A stretch of DNA of 64,000 bases from Callorhinchus milii (Eukaryota), in assembly GCF_018977255.1 (NCBI RefSeq), contig NW_024704743.1:7752001-7816000 (forward strand), written 5' to 3'. The notes below the pieces were generated by a model. It was given only the letters and a program-made list of their open reading frames with translations. It made no database searches and was not told the DNA's origin. Shown here in pieces: positions 1 through 13,607 of this stretch; within the stretch, counting starts at the first letter, position 1, and the number at the start of each line of letters is the position of its first letter. The position numbers were made by a program, and so were the translations under genes.

Positions 1-104
1 TGGTGTGATGTCTTTTGAGGAATTATTTCTGTCGGGGTCTTTTATAATTTTCTTCCTTTCTCTCCCTCTATGCTATGCACTTTCTTTCTTTCTTCCGCTA
101 AAAG

Positions 105-275
105 TGAAGCTAATGTTGACTTGGTGACATCGGGTCTTGATTTGGCTGCACCCGCTGAGAAGGAGAAAGTCCACCGTAGGCCAAAACGTTACATTTCCTT
201 TGGTGAGAATAGGAAGACTTCTGAGAGGTTTAGAACGCAACCTATAACCATAGCAGAACGACAGGAGACCAATAG
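105..275 (+). CDS. SVIL: SVIL exon (171 nt, phase 2-2) ...RKTSERFRTQPITIAERQETN
   Basis: pyrimidine tract + aag acceptor at 102-104; donor ag|gtacg at 276; resembles human RKTSERFRTQPIT. Confidence 0.88.
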
Positions 276-1044
276 GTACGCTCTGGTGTGTGCACAAAAA
301 NTAACCTTTACTGCCGCGGTGTGCAATAACACATGTTTGAGAGTTCCTGCAACCTTCTGAAGAAATCCCATGGGGTTGGCTCTTGTGGGGTAGAGACTAT
401 GAAGCACGCGTTTTATGCACTTGACTTCTTGACCTCATTCCACAACTCTGGCTGTTAATTCTGAGATAGCCGAGAAAATTGGCTGAGGTAAGAGGTGGGG
501 GAAGGTATGTGTGCAAAACTTGGTCTCGGCCCCAGTTGGAGAAAACCTCTGAATGTTTTTTCTAACTTTATACTCCTTTAAATTATTGTGCATCATTAAA
601 CTATGGTGAAATGGAAATCCATAATTCTTGCATGCCGGTAAAGAAAATATTTAACAAAGTCCACCGATTCTGAGGTTTTTTGTTCTGCAATACGTAGACC
701 TTGTGGCATTCAAGCAAATTGCCCAAAATTGCATTTGGACTACGTGAAGTTTAACATAATGGCAATAAACTGGAAAACGATTAGAGGGAATGTGCTCTGT
801 AGATGTATTGCATGGAAACTCCACAGCAAAATGGTAACACTGAAGTAGTTAAGTGCTTCAAAAAAAAGTGGAAAACAACCTTAAGGTCTTGGCAGTTTTG
901 CTCTTTAAATAACTTCATCCATAAACCGCAGGCTTGCATTGTGATGTTTTTCATTGCTCTGGAATGCTGTTCCTATGTTGTATCTTTGGGTGATGAGATG
1001 GGGGCAATTTTCATGGAACTAATTTTCCAATTTTTGTTTTCTAG

Positions 1045-1079
1045 GTCAGGGCTGGACTCACAGATAGTGGCTGCTGAAG
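1045..1079 (+). CDS. SVIL: SVIL microexon (35 nt, phase 2-1) SGLDSQIVAAE with GC donor
   Basis: ttttgttttctag acceptor; donor aag|gcaagt; supplies the phase change needed between the flanking exons. Confidence 0.75.
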
Positions 1080-2312
1080 GCAAGTATTGTCTCCTTGTTC
1101 TTATTCACTTTATGTATCTTGGCATTGAAAGCCAGCAACGTTTACCTGGCTTTTGATTGTTAAATAATGGAGAACTTTGAAAGGCTACAAGGTACACAAG
1201 GCTGTGTATATATAAAGTATATAGACAGATGTAGACCACCGTTTTTGTGCAAACGTGTTGGAGATTGAAACCACCTATTCATGTTGGAGGGGACTCATTC
1301 ACCCCAATTGGCAGATAATCAAGGGATATTTAAAACTGTTAGCACTCTTTCAAATAATAACTGCAAGAATACCATTTCCTAAATATGGATTATTGTAAGA
1401 CAACATAATAATAAGAATCCTTGTATTTGATATAGCACCTCATCACGTCTTCGAGACGTCTCAAAGCGCTTCACAGAATAGACTGTAAAGTGAATTGACT
1501 GTTGAAAAGTGAATTGAAAATGCAGTTGAAGAGATGGATCTAAAGGTGGAGTTAGACCACATCACAGAAATGTATTTCCGAAATGGCAATTTTAAGTAAA
1601 TTGCACCTCACCATTCAATTTCAGAAATGATACACTTAGAGGCTTTGATGCACAGTATAAGCATACATTGAAACCTGTGCTTCTATACAGCACAAAAAAA
1701 ACTATTTCATGTCAGTAGCCTGGTCTCTCTTCTTTTTCACCTTTAAATGCATCTTACATAGTGATTTTTGTGCAGGACCGTGATTTCATTGCTTGTAGGC
1801 ATTTAAAATATTATGTCACTAAATGTTTAAGCCGCCACTACTGAAATCAAACATTGTATTTACAATATTAATAATATCTCGGGAATGTTTTCTTGATCTT
1901 TGTTCAGTGATCTTGTGAAAAATCTAGCGAATTGGATGCGGACTAAAAATTATTGTATGTCAGTTTTACAAAAAACACGTTAGCACCATTCAAAATCATG
2001 CATTGAAATCTGTAATTCAACAAGGGAAAAACTAGAATCTAAAATTCTCTCAACTGTAAAGCTTGTCTGACTAAAGCTACAAACTGTTAGCTAACAATAG
2101 TTTCAATTGTGTGCTAACTCCTTTGTTTGAAAGTCCCACTGATTGACTCTCCATTTCCCTTGATGAATGAGTTTAACTGAAAACGTCACCCACATCTCTT
2201 TGCAAATGAACTGGGATTTCTTGCCCTGCTCTGCGTGACTGTGCTGCAGTTCAGGCTTCTTATTTTATGCAAACAAAAAGCATTGAAACAAACCCTTTGT
2301 TCCCTTCTGCAG

Positions 2313-2377
2313 GAGATGAAGAGAAGTTGGATGAAAGAGCAAAAATGAGCGTGTCTGCAAAGAGGTCACTTTTCCGT
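2313..2377 (+). CDS. SVIL: SVIL exon (65 nt, phase 1-0) DEEKLDERAKMSVSAKRSLFR
   Basis: cttctgcag acceptor, cgt|gtacgt donor, conserved supervillin peptide. Confidence 0.92.
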
Positions 2378-2685
2378 GTACGTAACTTGTTTTTATTTGG
2401 CATATAATAACCTACAAATGAGACTTGAGTAACTTCTGTGTTTTGTGTATATTGTATGATGTGATGCAAAGTTGCGTTTTGAAGTTCTGAGAGTTTTCCC
2501 CGCTTGTGATTTTTATTTTGTAGAAGAGATTGTGATGACCTTTCTTGTTTTTTTCCCTCCCAAATATCTGGTTAGATTTACTGCTGAAAAGACTTTCTGA
2601 AAAGTTACTCCCCCTCACACCCCCCACCCACTCTCTAACCCCTATGATTGTGATTTAACTCTGCACCTACTTTTGCCGTCACTAG

Positions 2686-2816
2686 GAGATGGAAAAGGCA
2701 ACCCTGGCCACCAAACCCCGTTCGAAGAATTCAGCCGTGGAGAGACGATTACGGCGGATGCAGGATCGGTTCCATACCCAACCCATCACGACCGAAGAAG
2801 TAGTTATTGCGTCCAG
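2686..2816 (+). CDS. SVIL: SVIL exon (131 nt, phase 0-2) EMEKATL...[27 protein letters not shown]
   Basis: actag acceptor, cag|gtacgt donor, conserved peptide. Confidence 0.92.
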
Positions 2817-4019
2817 GTACGTGTGAAAAACGGCTGGCTGTCACCTCAAAGTCAGTGCAACCATCTTGTGTAGTCTGTCCCAGTGGACAAACCTGCGTTT
2901 CCTAAAGCTGATGTACATTAGTGCGCTGGAGGAAGCAGTAGGTGTGGTTTCAGGGCTTCCTGCTGGGAAAGTATTGAAGGAGGGAGTTTTGACGGGAAAT
3001 ATTTATAGCCTCAGATGCTGCAGGCAGCCTTAATTACAGCTGATCTCGCTCGCAGTAAACAAAGCAGCTTAGCTTGGCTCTTTTGCCTGAGGGTTTCTGT
3101 GTTTTCTCAGTTTCAAACAAATCAGTATTTTGTCTCAACTCCTGAGTCCTTGATCTGAATGGGTTAATATTTAAATCCCTTTTAATATTCAAAATATTTT
3201 ACCCTAACACAAGATCTCTGATAGTTTGGATGAGAAAGGCCCTTCGTTCCTGAAAAACAGCCGTACCATCTCTCTGTTATAGTGTACAACTGTTGGCTAA
3301 AATTAAGCCAGTTTCCTCTTATTTAGCCACCCTTCCTGATAACTTGTTCCAGCTCCTGATAAAGAAATACTTTCCGAAATTTATCCTAAAGTTGTTCACA
3401 ACCCTGAACCTGTGACATTTAATTTTAAAGCCAGTGGTTAGAGCCTGCAACCAGTCATTGCAATGAGTAATGTTAATGCATCATTTTCTCCCATTCGTAT
3501 ACTACCCATTGAACTGTAGGCTTTCCATGACATTTTGCCAGTGCTGCTATGTGCCCACGTAGCTGGGCGTTCCCCTTGAGTGTTGTCCAACTAATCTCCC
3601 TGGGAGGGAAACTTTGCACCTTAGACTCAGGTGTTTAGAAAGGGCAGAACCCGCCCTCCGTCTAAGACAAACTAGTAGGAATCAAAAATATCTGTCTGAA
3701 TAATCCCTTGTTATACCATGTGGCTTCTCCTTACAGTGGAATATGAGTTTGTTTGGTTGCCCACTGGATTAATTGCATGCCACAGTGCAGAGTAACTGAC
3801 ATCTGCCCACGTCAGGGTGATGCATGGAAAAGCAAGCTTGCTGAAGACCAGAGAAAAATTGCCTTAAAACTATATGAAGGATAAAGTCCATTACAGGACG
3901 TTTAAATCTATCTATTTTCACTTAACTGCATGTAAGCTCCCAGAATACTCTTGAGGGCTACAGAAACCCAGAGGTGCACTTGGTTACTTTAAACTCAAAC
4001 CTAAAATGAAAGAAGAAAA

Positions 4020-4125
4020 TTGGAATTGAAAGGATTAGTTGAGGTACAGATCAGCCATGATCTAATTAAATGGCAGAACAGCCTCGAAGGGCTGAACGGC
4101 CTCCTTCTGTTCCTATGTTCCTATG
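4020..4125 (+). mobile_element. CR1-type LINE 3' tail
   Basis: gatcagccatgatct...gaagggctgaacggcctccttctgttcctatgttcctatgt. Confidence 0.7.
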
Positions 4126-4836
4126 TAAATTACTTACTGAAGAAAATCGGAATATTGAACCTTGTGTGTTTTATTGAAAACTGTAAACAAAGACCAAATC
4201 ATGGTAACGGTTTGCTTTGCTTTAGGTTCATGTAGAGTTATTAAAATAATGTTCAATGATCCAACATAGACTGAATGGAAAATATGAGTGGAATCTTTAT
4301 TCACCAAATACCGTCTTTAAACCAATCCCACTGGATCAGAACTTCATGACTTGACATTCAGTCCATCACATGCCTTTCCCTTCCTGCTTCCCCCATGACA
4401 GTCAACTTTGTTTATTGCCCTTTTTGTGAGTTGCAAGTGTTGTTGAGTGTGGTCTGGTAAAATACAAGGTGACTGTTTATATAGCAGGGTCATGTCAACC
4501 TGCTAACACAGCCTTTGAGGTGTTGTTATCTTTCATGTACAGCGCACAACACATTTCAGTAATGTGCACTGGACGCTGGTTAGTGAGTTAATGCACCCTG
4601 GGTAAAACTTGTTCCTCCCCATCCACCTCCCCCAGTGAGATTTGTTTAAAGGCAATTATCGTGGTGTCTGGGGAATATCTTTCAAAGACTGAGGATTATT
4701 AGACCCAAACCGAGTACTTTTTCTAAGTTATTCTATGTCTTTCTGAACAATTTCTGGCTTGTTCTTGTAAACGTGCTTTTCTGCTTGATTCTCTTCTTTT
4801 CTCCTCTACATGCCTTGCTGGCTTTCATTCCTCCAG

Positions 4837-4932
4837 TGAACCCACCCCTGTCTCTCCTACGGTGACTGTCCACACAGTCATGGCGAGAACCAGTAGCCCC
4901 ACTGTAGTAAACTCCAATTTGCCGCCAATCAG
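4837..4932 (+). CDS. SVIL: SVIL cassette exon (96 nt, phase 2-2) EPTPVSPTVTVHTVMARTSSPTVVNSNLPPIR; likely equivalent of the 32-aa muscle (archvillin) insert
   Basis: long pyrimidine tract + ctccag acceptor, cag|gtattt donor; length and position match the human [32 protein letters not shown] segment as recalled. Confidence 0.85.
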
Positions 4933-4946
4933 GTATTTTTGCATTC

Positions 4947-4952
4947 TGCATG
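4947..4952 (+). promoter_or_regulatory. RBFOX splicing motif TGCATG 15 nt after the cassette exon donor
   Basis: exact hexamer at the position typical of inclusion enhancers; motif only. Confidence 0.45.
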
Positions 4953-5494
4953 CCCTGTTTAGTGTACACCTCTTGTTAATTAAATGCTGCAATTCACCTG
5001 GCTCCAACGCTTAGGGTTCTGTTCAAAACTTAAACCTTTATCTTTCAATCTTGCTTCCTTAGTAAGAAGTAACTTTATTTTGCAAATATTGAGCATTTTG
5101 ATACCGAATGTCTTATGTACAAAGTCTGTTAGAACATGTTGCCTTGTGTTCTCTTATGTGAGGCAAAAATAATAATAATAATCCTTGCATTTTTGCATTT
5201 GATATAGCATCTTTCCTGTCCAGAGAGATGTCAAAGCGCTTCACTGGATTTTCTGTAAAATCCAGTGACTTTGTGTTTGCAGGCAGCTGAGCCAGGCTGA
5301 TGATAAGTGGAAGTGATCAATACATTTTTAACATAACTGTGTGGGTGGTTAATGCATCCATCAAATCTTCAGTTATTTGCCAGAGTGACTTGAAGTAATT
5401 TGTCCAGTTGTGGTTTATAATGCAGCTGCTGAGGTTCGAGTTAAGGAAACAAGTTTGAATGTAAATGTGTAGTTAATGTTTTGGTACGACATGC

Positions 5495-5790
5495 AAATAC
5501 AATGCTAGTTTACATTTATATATAGTAACTTTCAAGTCAGGAGGATGTCCCAAGATGCTCAACAATCCCTGCTTGCACCTGAGCTGGGGTTTGGGACTGA
5601 GAGGGATGAGGAGGGCAAAGATAATCGAAGGCACGGTCAAAGAGTTAGGACTTGAGACGGACCTTGGGTAAGTCAGAGGGACTGCAGGATGGAGTTCCAG
5701 AGAGTTGGGACAGGCTGAAAGCCCAGATGCCAATAGTGGGGCAGGTAGGGCGGGGGACATGAAAGCAGGCGGTGCCCACTGAGCGAGGGG
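5495..5790 (-). mobile_element. L2 LINE 3' fragment
   Basis: tail ggaggatgtcccaag plus gaaggcacggtcaaa...gagttccagag, as in the other L2 copies. Confidence 0.65.
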
Positions 5791-6279
5791 AGTGGCAGGG
5801 TCGCTAGGATTCATTCCATAAATCCCTATGTCTGTCCTAGGTCCTGGAGGCTGACCTCCTGTGGTGTAATTTCTGTGATTCTTTACCGCTTTTATCTTAG
5901 ATTGATTTGGCTTGAATTTACAAATTCAGAATGTGCAGTGACATTTCACTAATCCAGAAACCATTCAGACGGGTTGGTCCTAGTTTTGTTTTATTTCTGT
6001 TTAATGGCATTGAAATGAAACCAATAACAGTCTCTGACCAAAACTTCAGATTAATCAGAATCTAGATATGGAGTTACTGATTGAATTTTTCGAGAGTATT
6101 AAAGTTGTAGGTTGGAGCAGGATGGGGTAACAGAATGTAAATCTTTCAACATGCGTTTAAATCAACCAATGTTAAATCCTCAGAAAAAGTAGAAATTAGA
6201 CATTTAGAGTTTGATTTGACAAAGCAAGTTGCACAATGCTCACTTTTTTCCACCAGCAGAATAAAGTGATGCACATTAT

Positions 6280-6445
6280 ATAATAATAATAATCCTTGCA
6301 TTTGATATAGTGCCTTATCACATCTTTAAGACTTCTCAAAGCACGTCACAGAATATACTGTAAAGTGAATTGACTGTATATTTTGTGGGTGAAACGCGGC
6401 AGGCAGTTGCGCACAGCAGTGTCCCACAAACAGTCGTGGATTGAA
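6280..6445 (-). mobile_element. SINE 3' half
   Basis: aataatccttgcatttgatatag...gcacagcagtgtcccacaaacagtcgtggattga. Confidence 0.8.
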
Positions 6446-9400
6446 TAATCAAATTGTTATTTTAACTTTGAAGTCGTATGATATATTCCTGTATGATTAG
6501 TCTTAATGATAGCCACGTGAACTTGACACCGATATCCATATTTTACAAAAATTCTAATTCATTCATTGTTCAATAAAATATATAAAGTACAAGTGAAATA
6601 TAATTTTACGAGCAATATAAAAACCAAGACACATTTCAATATTGTTTTATCTTGACAGGTGACAAATGAGTCACCCGATTAGACATTAAACCCAGGTCTG
6701 ACCTGCCTGCTTTGCAGACGTGATAACTGGAGCACTGGTGTCTTGTCCAACAATCCAAATACATTGTTCATTCACTTCAACAGCAATTTGCATTTATATA
6801 GCGTTCTTCACGCAGGGTAGCATCTCAGATTGCTCAACTACTTTTACTACTTCACGGTTGTTTGTATGATATTAATGAACACAATTTGGCTGCTGAGTTT
6901 GCCTATTGAAATATAGAGTCATTACACTCTAGATTAAATCCTGTGAGGGGTTTGAGACATTTCGACAATGTAATAAAACTCTACATGAAAAGCAAGGATT
7001 AGTTATAATCGCTCTGGGATGCTCCTGCGTGAGGGGCATTATATAAATTCAAGTTGCTGTATAATATTATTATTAAAGGGATGTAAAAATGTGAGTAGGC
7101 CAGAACTAATTTGAAGGGGCCATAAAATCAATATTTTAACTTAAGATGTGGGGAAAATATAACTTTTTAAGATGGATAGAAAATATTGAATAGACTTTGA
7201 AAAAATATTGGTTACTCTTGGAAGCAAAATTCTATGACTTTTAATACTGAAAAACCTAAAGAGCACCATCTACTGGAATAGGAAATAATTTATTATAAAA
7301 TAATACAAAGTAGGTTTCAAATATTGAATGCAATTTCAATTGCATTATTACAACTGAGTCTATTAAGTAACATATATGATATCAAGGTTTGCAATTATCC
7401 TTTGTGATTATAATTAATCTTCTAGAATCTTGCCCATTAGTTGTGAGCTTTTTAATTAACTATATAATAACGAGCCAGTAGAGTGCTGGGCACCCAATCT
7501 GAGGAGCGTGGGGAGGGAAAAGATAACTGAAAGCGCAAAGAGGTAAAACGTGAACATTAAGTCTAAACATATATGCCTACAAATATAGTGTCACTATATT
7601 TTACAGTAAATCCTGTGAAGGATTTTAACAATATGAATGGAGATTTTTGATTAGCTGGGTGTCTGAAACACATGTGGAAATCCATCAACATGTAGAGTTT
7701 TACATATGTATTCAAGCTACGTGTGGAATTCTCCCAGTGATTGGAATGGGATGTGCACTCTCTCTCTGGAGGGATGTATCCTGCTTGCCTAATGTGACAG
7801 CATTAGATGCAGGTTGGCGAGAACCAAGGCTTGGGGACACCAGAGTATGCGTTGGGGTACCGCCTGGCAAGCTTCCTGCTGCTTGACCATCAAGGACCAC
7901 CCTATCCATATGGATTTTGGCTTGGAGAGTAACAGGGGTTGAGTGGGAAGAAACCTGCCTCCAGTGGTGGGAAATCAGTCACTAGCATTTCAAAGTGATT
8001 CACAGGATTTACTGTGACTCTGTGTGACTCTGTATCTGTAGACGAACGTTGATTAGACTTAATTTTCAAGACGTATCTCTTTGACCAAACTTTTGGTCAT
8101 CTTTCTCCTCGCCACTCCCTTCAGCTCCCACCACCAGCTCGGGTACCAAGCCAGCAATGTCCAGCACTTTGAGACGTCCTCCCGACATGACAGGCACTAT
8201 GTAAATGTGTATCGTATTGTATGGAGATGTGTAAATTGTATAGGATAGACAGTTTGTTGTAATAGACAGGTAGAGGGGGAAGCTAACACACCAGTATAAG
8301 CACGATGGAGTGAGTGGCCTCGTTCTGTGCTGTAAAAGTTCTATCTATGTTTCCTATTTAACGATTGCTGATGGTTTAGTGTTTAAGCCATCTGCTTCTC
8401 TTGTCAGTTTGTTTTGAGTCAATTTATGGTCTGATGAGCTGCAATGTTTTGATTCATTTACATCTGGATATCTCCATACTCTGATTTTGCAAACAATGTA
8501 CTTATTTAGGAAGGAATAAAGTATCATTTTGAGTTAATGATAGTTTTTATGTTGTTTATGCTGCTGGGAGACAAGCAATATCTCTCCCAGCAGCAAGAGC
8601 AGCGTGGAACAGTAAGGCTGATCTTATACTTTGGTTACACGACCAATGCTTTCATAAACGCCAAAATATGTTCTGTTCACAGGCTTGCAGAGCAGTGTGA
8701 GGCAGTGAACCCAGTGCATTCCCAGAGGGGATTACTGAGATCAGCCACACCATAATAAAGTAAAAAATAATGATCCTTACATTTGATATAGTACTTTCCC
8801 CATCTGGAGGATGTCTAAAAGCACCTCGCAGGATATACTGTAAAGTGCAGTGACTGGCTATGTGTAGGCCTGACAGGCTGCATCCTCCTCTTGTTCTGAT
8901 GTGCACCCGGTGTGTTATATTGCTTCATGGAGATTTCACCTCCTCCAGGTGGGGAGGGAGCAGTGAGGCTCCAGCGTGATTCACTCTGGTCCAACCCAGT
9001 CTTTACTCTGTTCATTTGGTGACAGATGTTGGTGGTGGTGAGGCACATTATTAGCACAGCTGATTGGCTTACAAAGTGCGTCTCTCTGGAGTGGTGGAAT
9101 GCGAGCTCGCTCCTGCTAGTGTCACGTTCCTGATCTCTCTTGAAACAAGTGGCTATCTGGTCCCAAGGCCGTGCTCGCATCTTCTAATAATAGATTTAGA
9201 AGAAGAATTGGCAATGCTTCAAAACCGTACCCTACTGCAGCAACAACTTAAATTCATAGAGGGCCTTTCGTTTGGGTGATGTCTCGGGATGTTTCACTGG
9301 GTCAGGGTTCCACACCAGGCAATGGAAAGGGAAGTGGCCATAGGCACACTCAGAGGTAGGATTTGAGGTGGGACTTCAAGACAGAAAGAGAGGGAGCGAG

Positions 9401-10227
9401 ACAGAATGGGGGAGGGAAGGAGTGTCAGAGGTACCCATTTCTCTGCAGGGAAATGGAAGAATGTTATTAAGAGTGTTATAATTTCACCCAAAACAATCTA
9501 ACTTACAAAGTTGATGAACATTACCCAAAAGCCATCTTCAATAAAACATGTATTTCAAATCCAGTTGTCATTGGCAATTCTGCTGTACGAATTGGTATTA
9601 AATGCACCAAATCAGTTAATAAACTTTCCTCAAAAATGCAGTTTTAAGTTATAGTAATAGCCAATTAAGTTGGTGTATATATAATTAAAGTTGAATTAAT
9701 TTGGGAAACCCTTTGAGCCAGAATTTTGTTTTAGTAAATACCCAAACAATTACACACAACGTTAACCGGCAGCTTTCACTTTTGAATGTATTCCAAGTTT
9801 GTCTTATTATAATTTATAATAATTATACTTATATTTGGTATAGCGCCTTATTATGTCACTGAAACATACCAAAGTGCTTCACAGGATTTTGCCATCAGTG
9901 TAGTGACTATGTACTTGTAGGTGAAGTGCTTCTGTATGAATTAGACGGGAAGGGGCGGGTGGGCGGGGGGTGAATTGGATTCAAAACGTGTTACTTAAAA
10001 TGTGTTGGACACATCACTCAATGTAATTTTCACTTTGATGTTTCAGAAATTAATTGTAGTATCCTAACTATTGCAAGGATAAGCAAACACTTACTTATTA
10101 AGTGGCAAACATTTCCACTGATTGAATTTTATGGTGACTACATGTTGCCATGTAAACAAGTAAAAATCAAGATAGCATTTTTTTTCAAAACATTTTTAAT
10201 AAGTGTAACATGTGTCCACACAAAGGA

Positions 10228-10445
10228 TAGTGGAAATCTGGAACTTTCCCCCCTACCTCCCAAAAGAAAGGCTGTGGATGGTAAATCCACTCAAATATTC
10301 AAGACAGAGGTGAACAGATTTTTGTTAGGTAACGGTATCGGGATATGGGGCAAAGGCGGGTAATTGGAATTAAGGTACAGATCAGCCATGATCTAATAGA
10401 ATGGCGAAACAGGCTCACGGGACTAAATGGCCCACTCCTGTTCCA
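10228..10445 (+). mobile_element. CR1-type LINE 3' end
   Basis: gtacagatcagccatgatcta...gaatggc...aatggcc..ctcctgttcc tail shared with 4020-4125 and (inverted) 33075-33205. Confidence 0.7.
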
Positions 10446-11590
10446 AGCTGTTGGTTTGTTTTCTCTTCATCTATCACGTGTGTCTTTTTTTCTTTAAAAA
10501 AAAGCCAAGAAGATGGGGAAAACTGAAGCTCCCAGCCCTCTCTCTGCCAGAACCACTGTTGTGCCATTAAGTAGGACTCGGGTGGCTTTTCGTCAGTTAT
10601 TTCCCTCCACTTAGCACCTGCTGATAGCACAGCTTAAGCCCACATGCTGTCACTCAATAGCTTGGCATGTTCTGCCCGTAACATGCTGTCCTGCTTGGCA
10701 GCCACTGCGTTCTGTAATGGAGTTATTGGAACATGAAAATTCCTTGTGGACCAGGCTCAACATTTTGAATTAATTAAGAAAAAGCTCCCAAGCTGTGTAT
10801 TTTAATTCTAATTAAACAGTGATTCTATCATTGAAGCTTGAAAATATAAATGTATACTTTTTCAGATCACTTTGATTAAGACGCTAATCTTTTAACACTG
10901 ATTTCCTTTGGGTAATTGAAAGGGTAAATGTGCACAAATGCCCTGTGCAAATGATATGGAAATGGCCATTGCACAGCTGAGGACCAGACGATTAGTGGGT
11001 AAAAGGGTATAAGTTTAACTCACAAAATATACACTTTGCAATATAATCTGCGATTTGCTTTGAGACTTCTCAACAACTTGATAAGGCTCTATACTAAATA
11101 CAAGGAGTATATTCATTATAACTTTACTTTTGCTTATTATAAAGAAGGGAGTTTCTCCCAGTGTCGTGACCAACAATCCTTCAGTTAAAAATGCCCATTA
11201 ATTCCAGCCTTGTTTGTAGGACACAAATTGCTGCCGCGATGGCATACAGTCATTAAAGTAAATCATGTGAAGCACTTTGAGATGTCTTCCTGACACAATA
11301 TCAAATGCATCTATTAATATGAAGGTGTGTATGTTTAAATTGAAGATCATCAAATGTGTAACTTTTTAGAAAGCTTGAGAATTCATGTTTTACTGTAAAC
11401 CTGATAATAGAACCACTTTATCCTTGTGGATGTTATGAAAGAGGACTTGGAAAAGTATTTGTCTCAAAAGCTGCTATGTTTGATGGATGAATGCAAAGAC
11501 TCTAATATTAGAAAGACATTTTGGGGACAGACTGCATGCAAGTGTATTGCCAAACTGTGACCTAAATATTCAACCAATGCATTTTCCCAG

Positions 11591-11840
11591 ACTACAAGCA
11601 TCTGCCCAGTACGCTATGGGAGAACAGAAGGCGAGTGATGCCAAAGAATTGACAGAACAGGGTCAGCCTGAAGAACCAGACATCTCAACGCTGAGTCTGG
11701 CTGAAAAGATGGCCTTGTTCAATCGACTGGCGCAACCTGTCACCAAAGTAATAACTGCAAGGAATAGAAGTAGCACCAGGCAGAGACGGTCAAATGCACG
11801 ATATCAGACCCAACCGATTACACTGGGAGAGGTTGAGCAG
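11591..11840 (+). CDS. SVIL: SVIL exon (250 nt, phase 2-0) LQASAQ...[15 protein letters not shown]...[15 protein letters not shown]
   Basis: ttttcccag acceptor, cag|gtgcgt donor, within ORF 11487-11852. Confidence 0.93.
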
Positions 11841-13607
11841 GTGCGTGTTTAATATGTATCCCTCTCCGCGATTGTTCACAAACTCAAACCCACCACCTGC
11901 TCCCTCGATCCCACCCCCACCTCTCTCCTCATCTCCCAGCTCCACCTTCTGGCCCCTCTCCTGTCCAATGTCATCAACCTCTCCTTGTCAACCGGTTCAG
12001 CTCCCACCCCCTAAAAACAGGTGTCATCACCCCCATCCTGAAAAGACCCTCCCTGTTGTTGTATCGTCTGGCATAAGGTGCAACGATTTGTATCTGGAGT
12101 CACCAATACAATTCACAACGAGGAGGGTCACCCTGACCTGCGGGGATGCTGATAACTGGTCGAACAGAGTCCTTCCTGTATGAAGCACTTTGTGTGACAG
12201 TCAGGAGTTGCTTTTTGTGATTCCTGGTATATTTTGTGACATTTTGGACCACGTTATTTGTAAATTGCCACTATAAAACCACAACTACGGTGTGTGGAGA
12301 ATCACATCAAGTGGTATGAAGGAACAATGTACGTGGTATGGTTGGATGAATATCCTGAAGGTTCACTTGATTACAATTACCCGTCAGGAGACATTTCAGA
12401 GCTTTTGTCCATTTGAGGTTACCTTTTATCTTACACAAGGCAATCACCTCCTGCAGGGATATTGACTGGACTGAGTGTGTTCTGTGATGGGGGCGAATTT
12501 AAATTGTACATGTTCATTGAAGCTGAGGGCTGAACACCTTTTCTATGGTTCTTAAATCCATGTTTATAGCAGTAGATTTCCCTCATGATAGTGGGAGCAG
12601 GGAGTCCAAACCCTCTTCTGGCCATGACCCGTCCCAAACCTTTCAAAATTCAGAATCGATTGCGCTGGAATGACTGCAGGCTGCCATTGCTCAAGACGCA
12701 ATGGTTTTCCTGCCATCTCCTCGCAATTCCAAAAATGCCCAGCAAATCTTGTGAAATGTGAATTTTCCGTAGTTTCTCAAGCTCAGATCTCCAGTGTATA
12801 GGATGGCAACTTTGTGTACAACTTTCATTCTGGTTGAGTTTTTATTAAATAAATATATATTCCTGGAATAATTTGGGGCAGCAGGGGGGAAGTGATCAAT
12901 TAATACTAATAATCCTTGCATACAGTCCTTTACAGTATATTCTGTGATGGGCTTTGAGATGTCTCGGAAGGCGTGAATAACAAACAAACAAAAATTACAT
13001 TTGTATAGCACCTTTCATGTTGGGAGGAAGTCCCAAGGGCTGGACAGTCAGAGTCTCGGACTCGAGCTGGGGGGTGGGATTGGGGAGGTAGGAGGGCAGG
13101 GGGCGAAGCAGGGTTATCGAAAGCACGGTCGAAGTGGAGGGTCTAGAAATTGGTCTTAAGGGAGGCAAGGCCCTATATCAAATACAAGGATTATTATTAT
13201 TTGATTTATCACATTGTCGAGGTGTCTCAAAATGCTTCACAGCATACACTGTGACTGTGTATTTTGCGGACAAACACAGCTGTTTATTTGTGCACAGCAA
13301 TATCTCACAAAACAATGGAGTGAGTGACCAATTTTATTTTGGGGATTGTTGGCCAGGGATAAAATCACCTCGGTTTATCTAGAACTCTATTTGGGAATTA
13401 ACAGGAGCATCATCAACCCTGATGGGCAGTAGAAGCAACATATCCACACATTGTATAGCTGTATCTTTCCTCACCAGTCCAAGGAAGGTGAGCTTCAAAT
13501 GCAGAGCCACAGGGCAATTAACATTAAATTTGTGTGGTATTGTAATTCGTGCAATATATATCTTTTTCCCTATCTGTAACATCAAATCCCATTTACAAGC
13601 CAATTTT

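Noticed and set aside
301..301. Ambiguous base n
   Set aside because: Single intronic assembly ambiguity with no effect on exons
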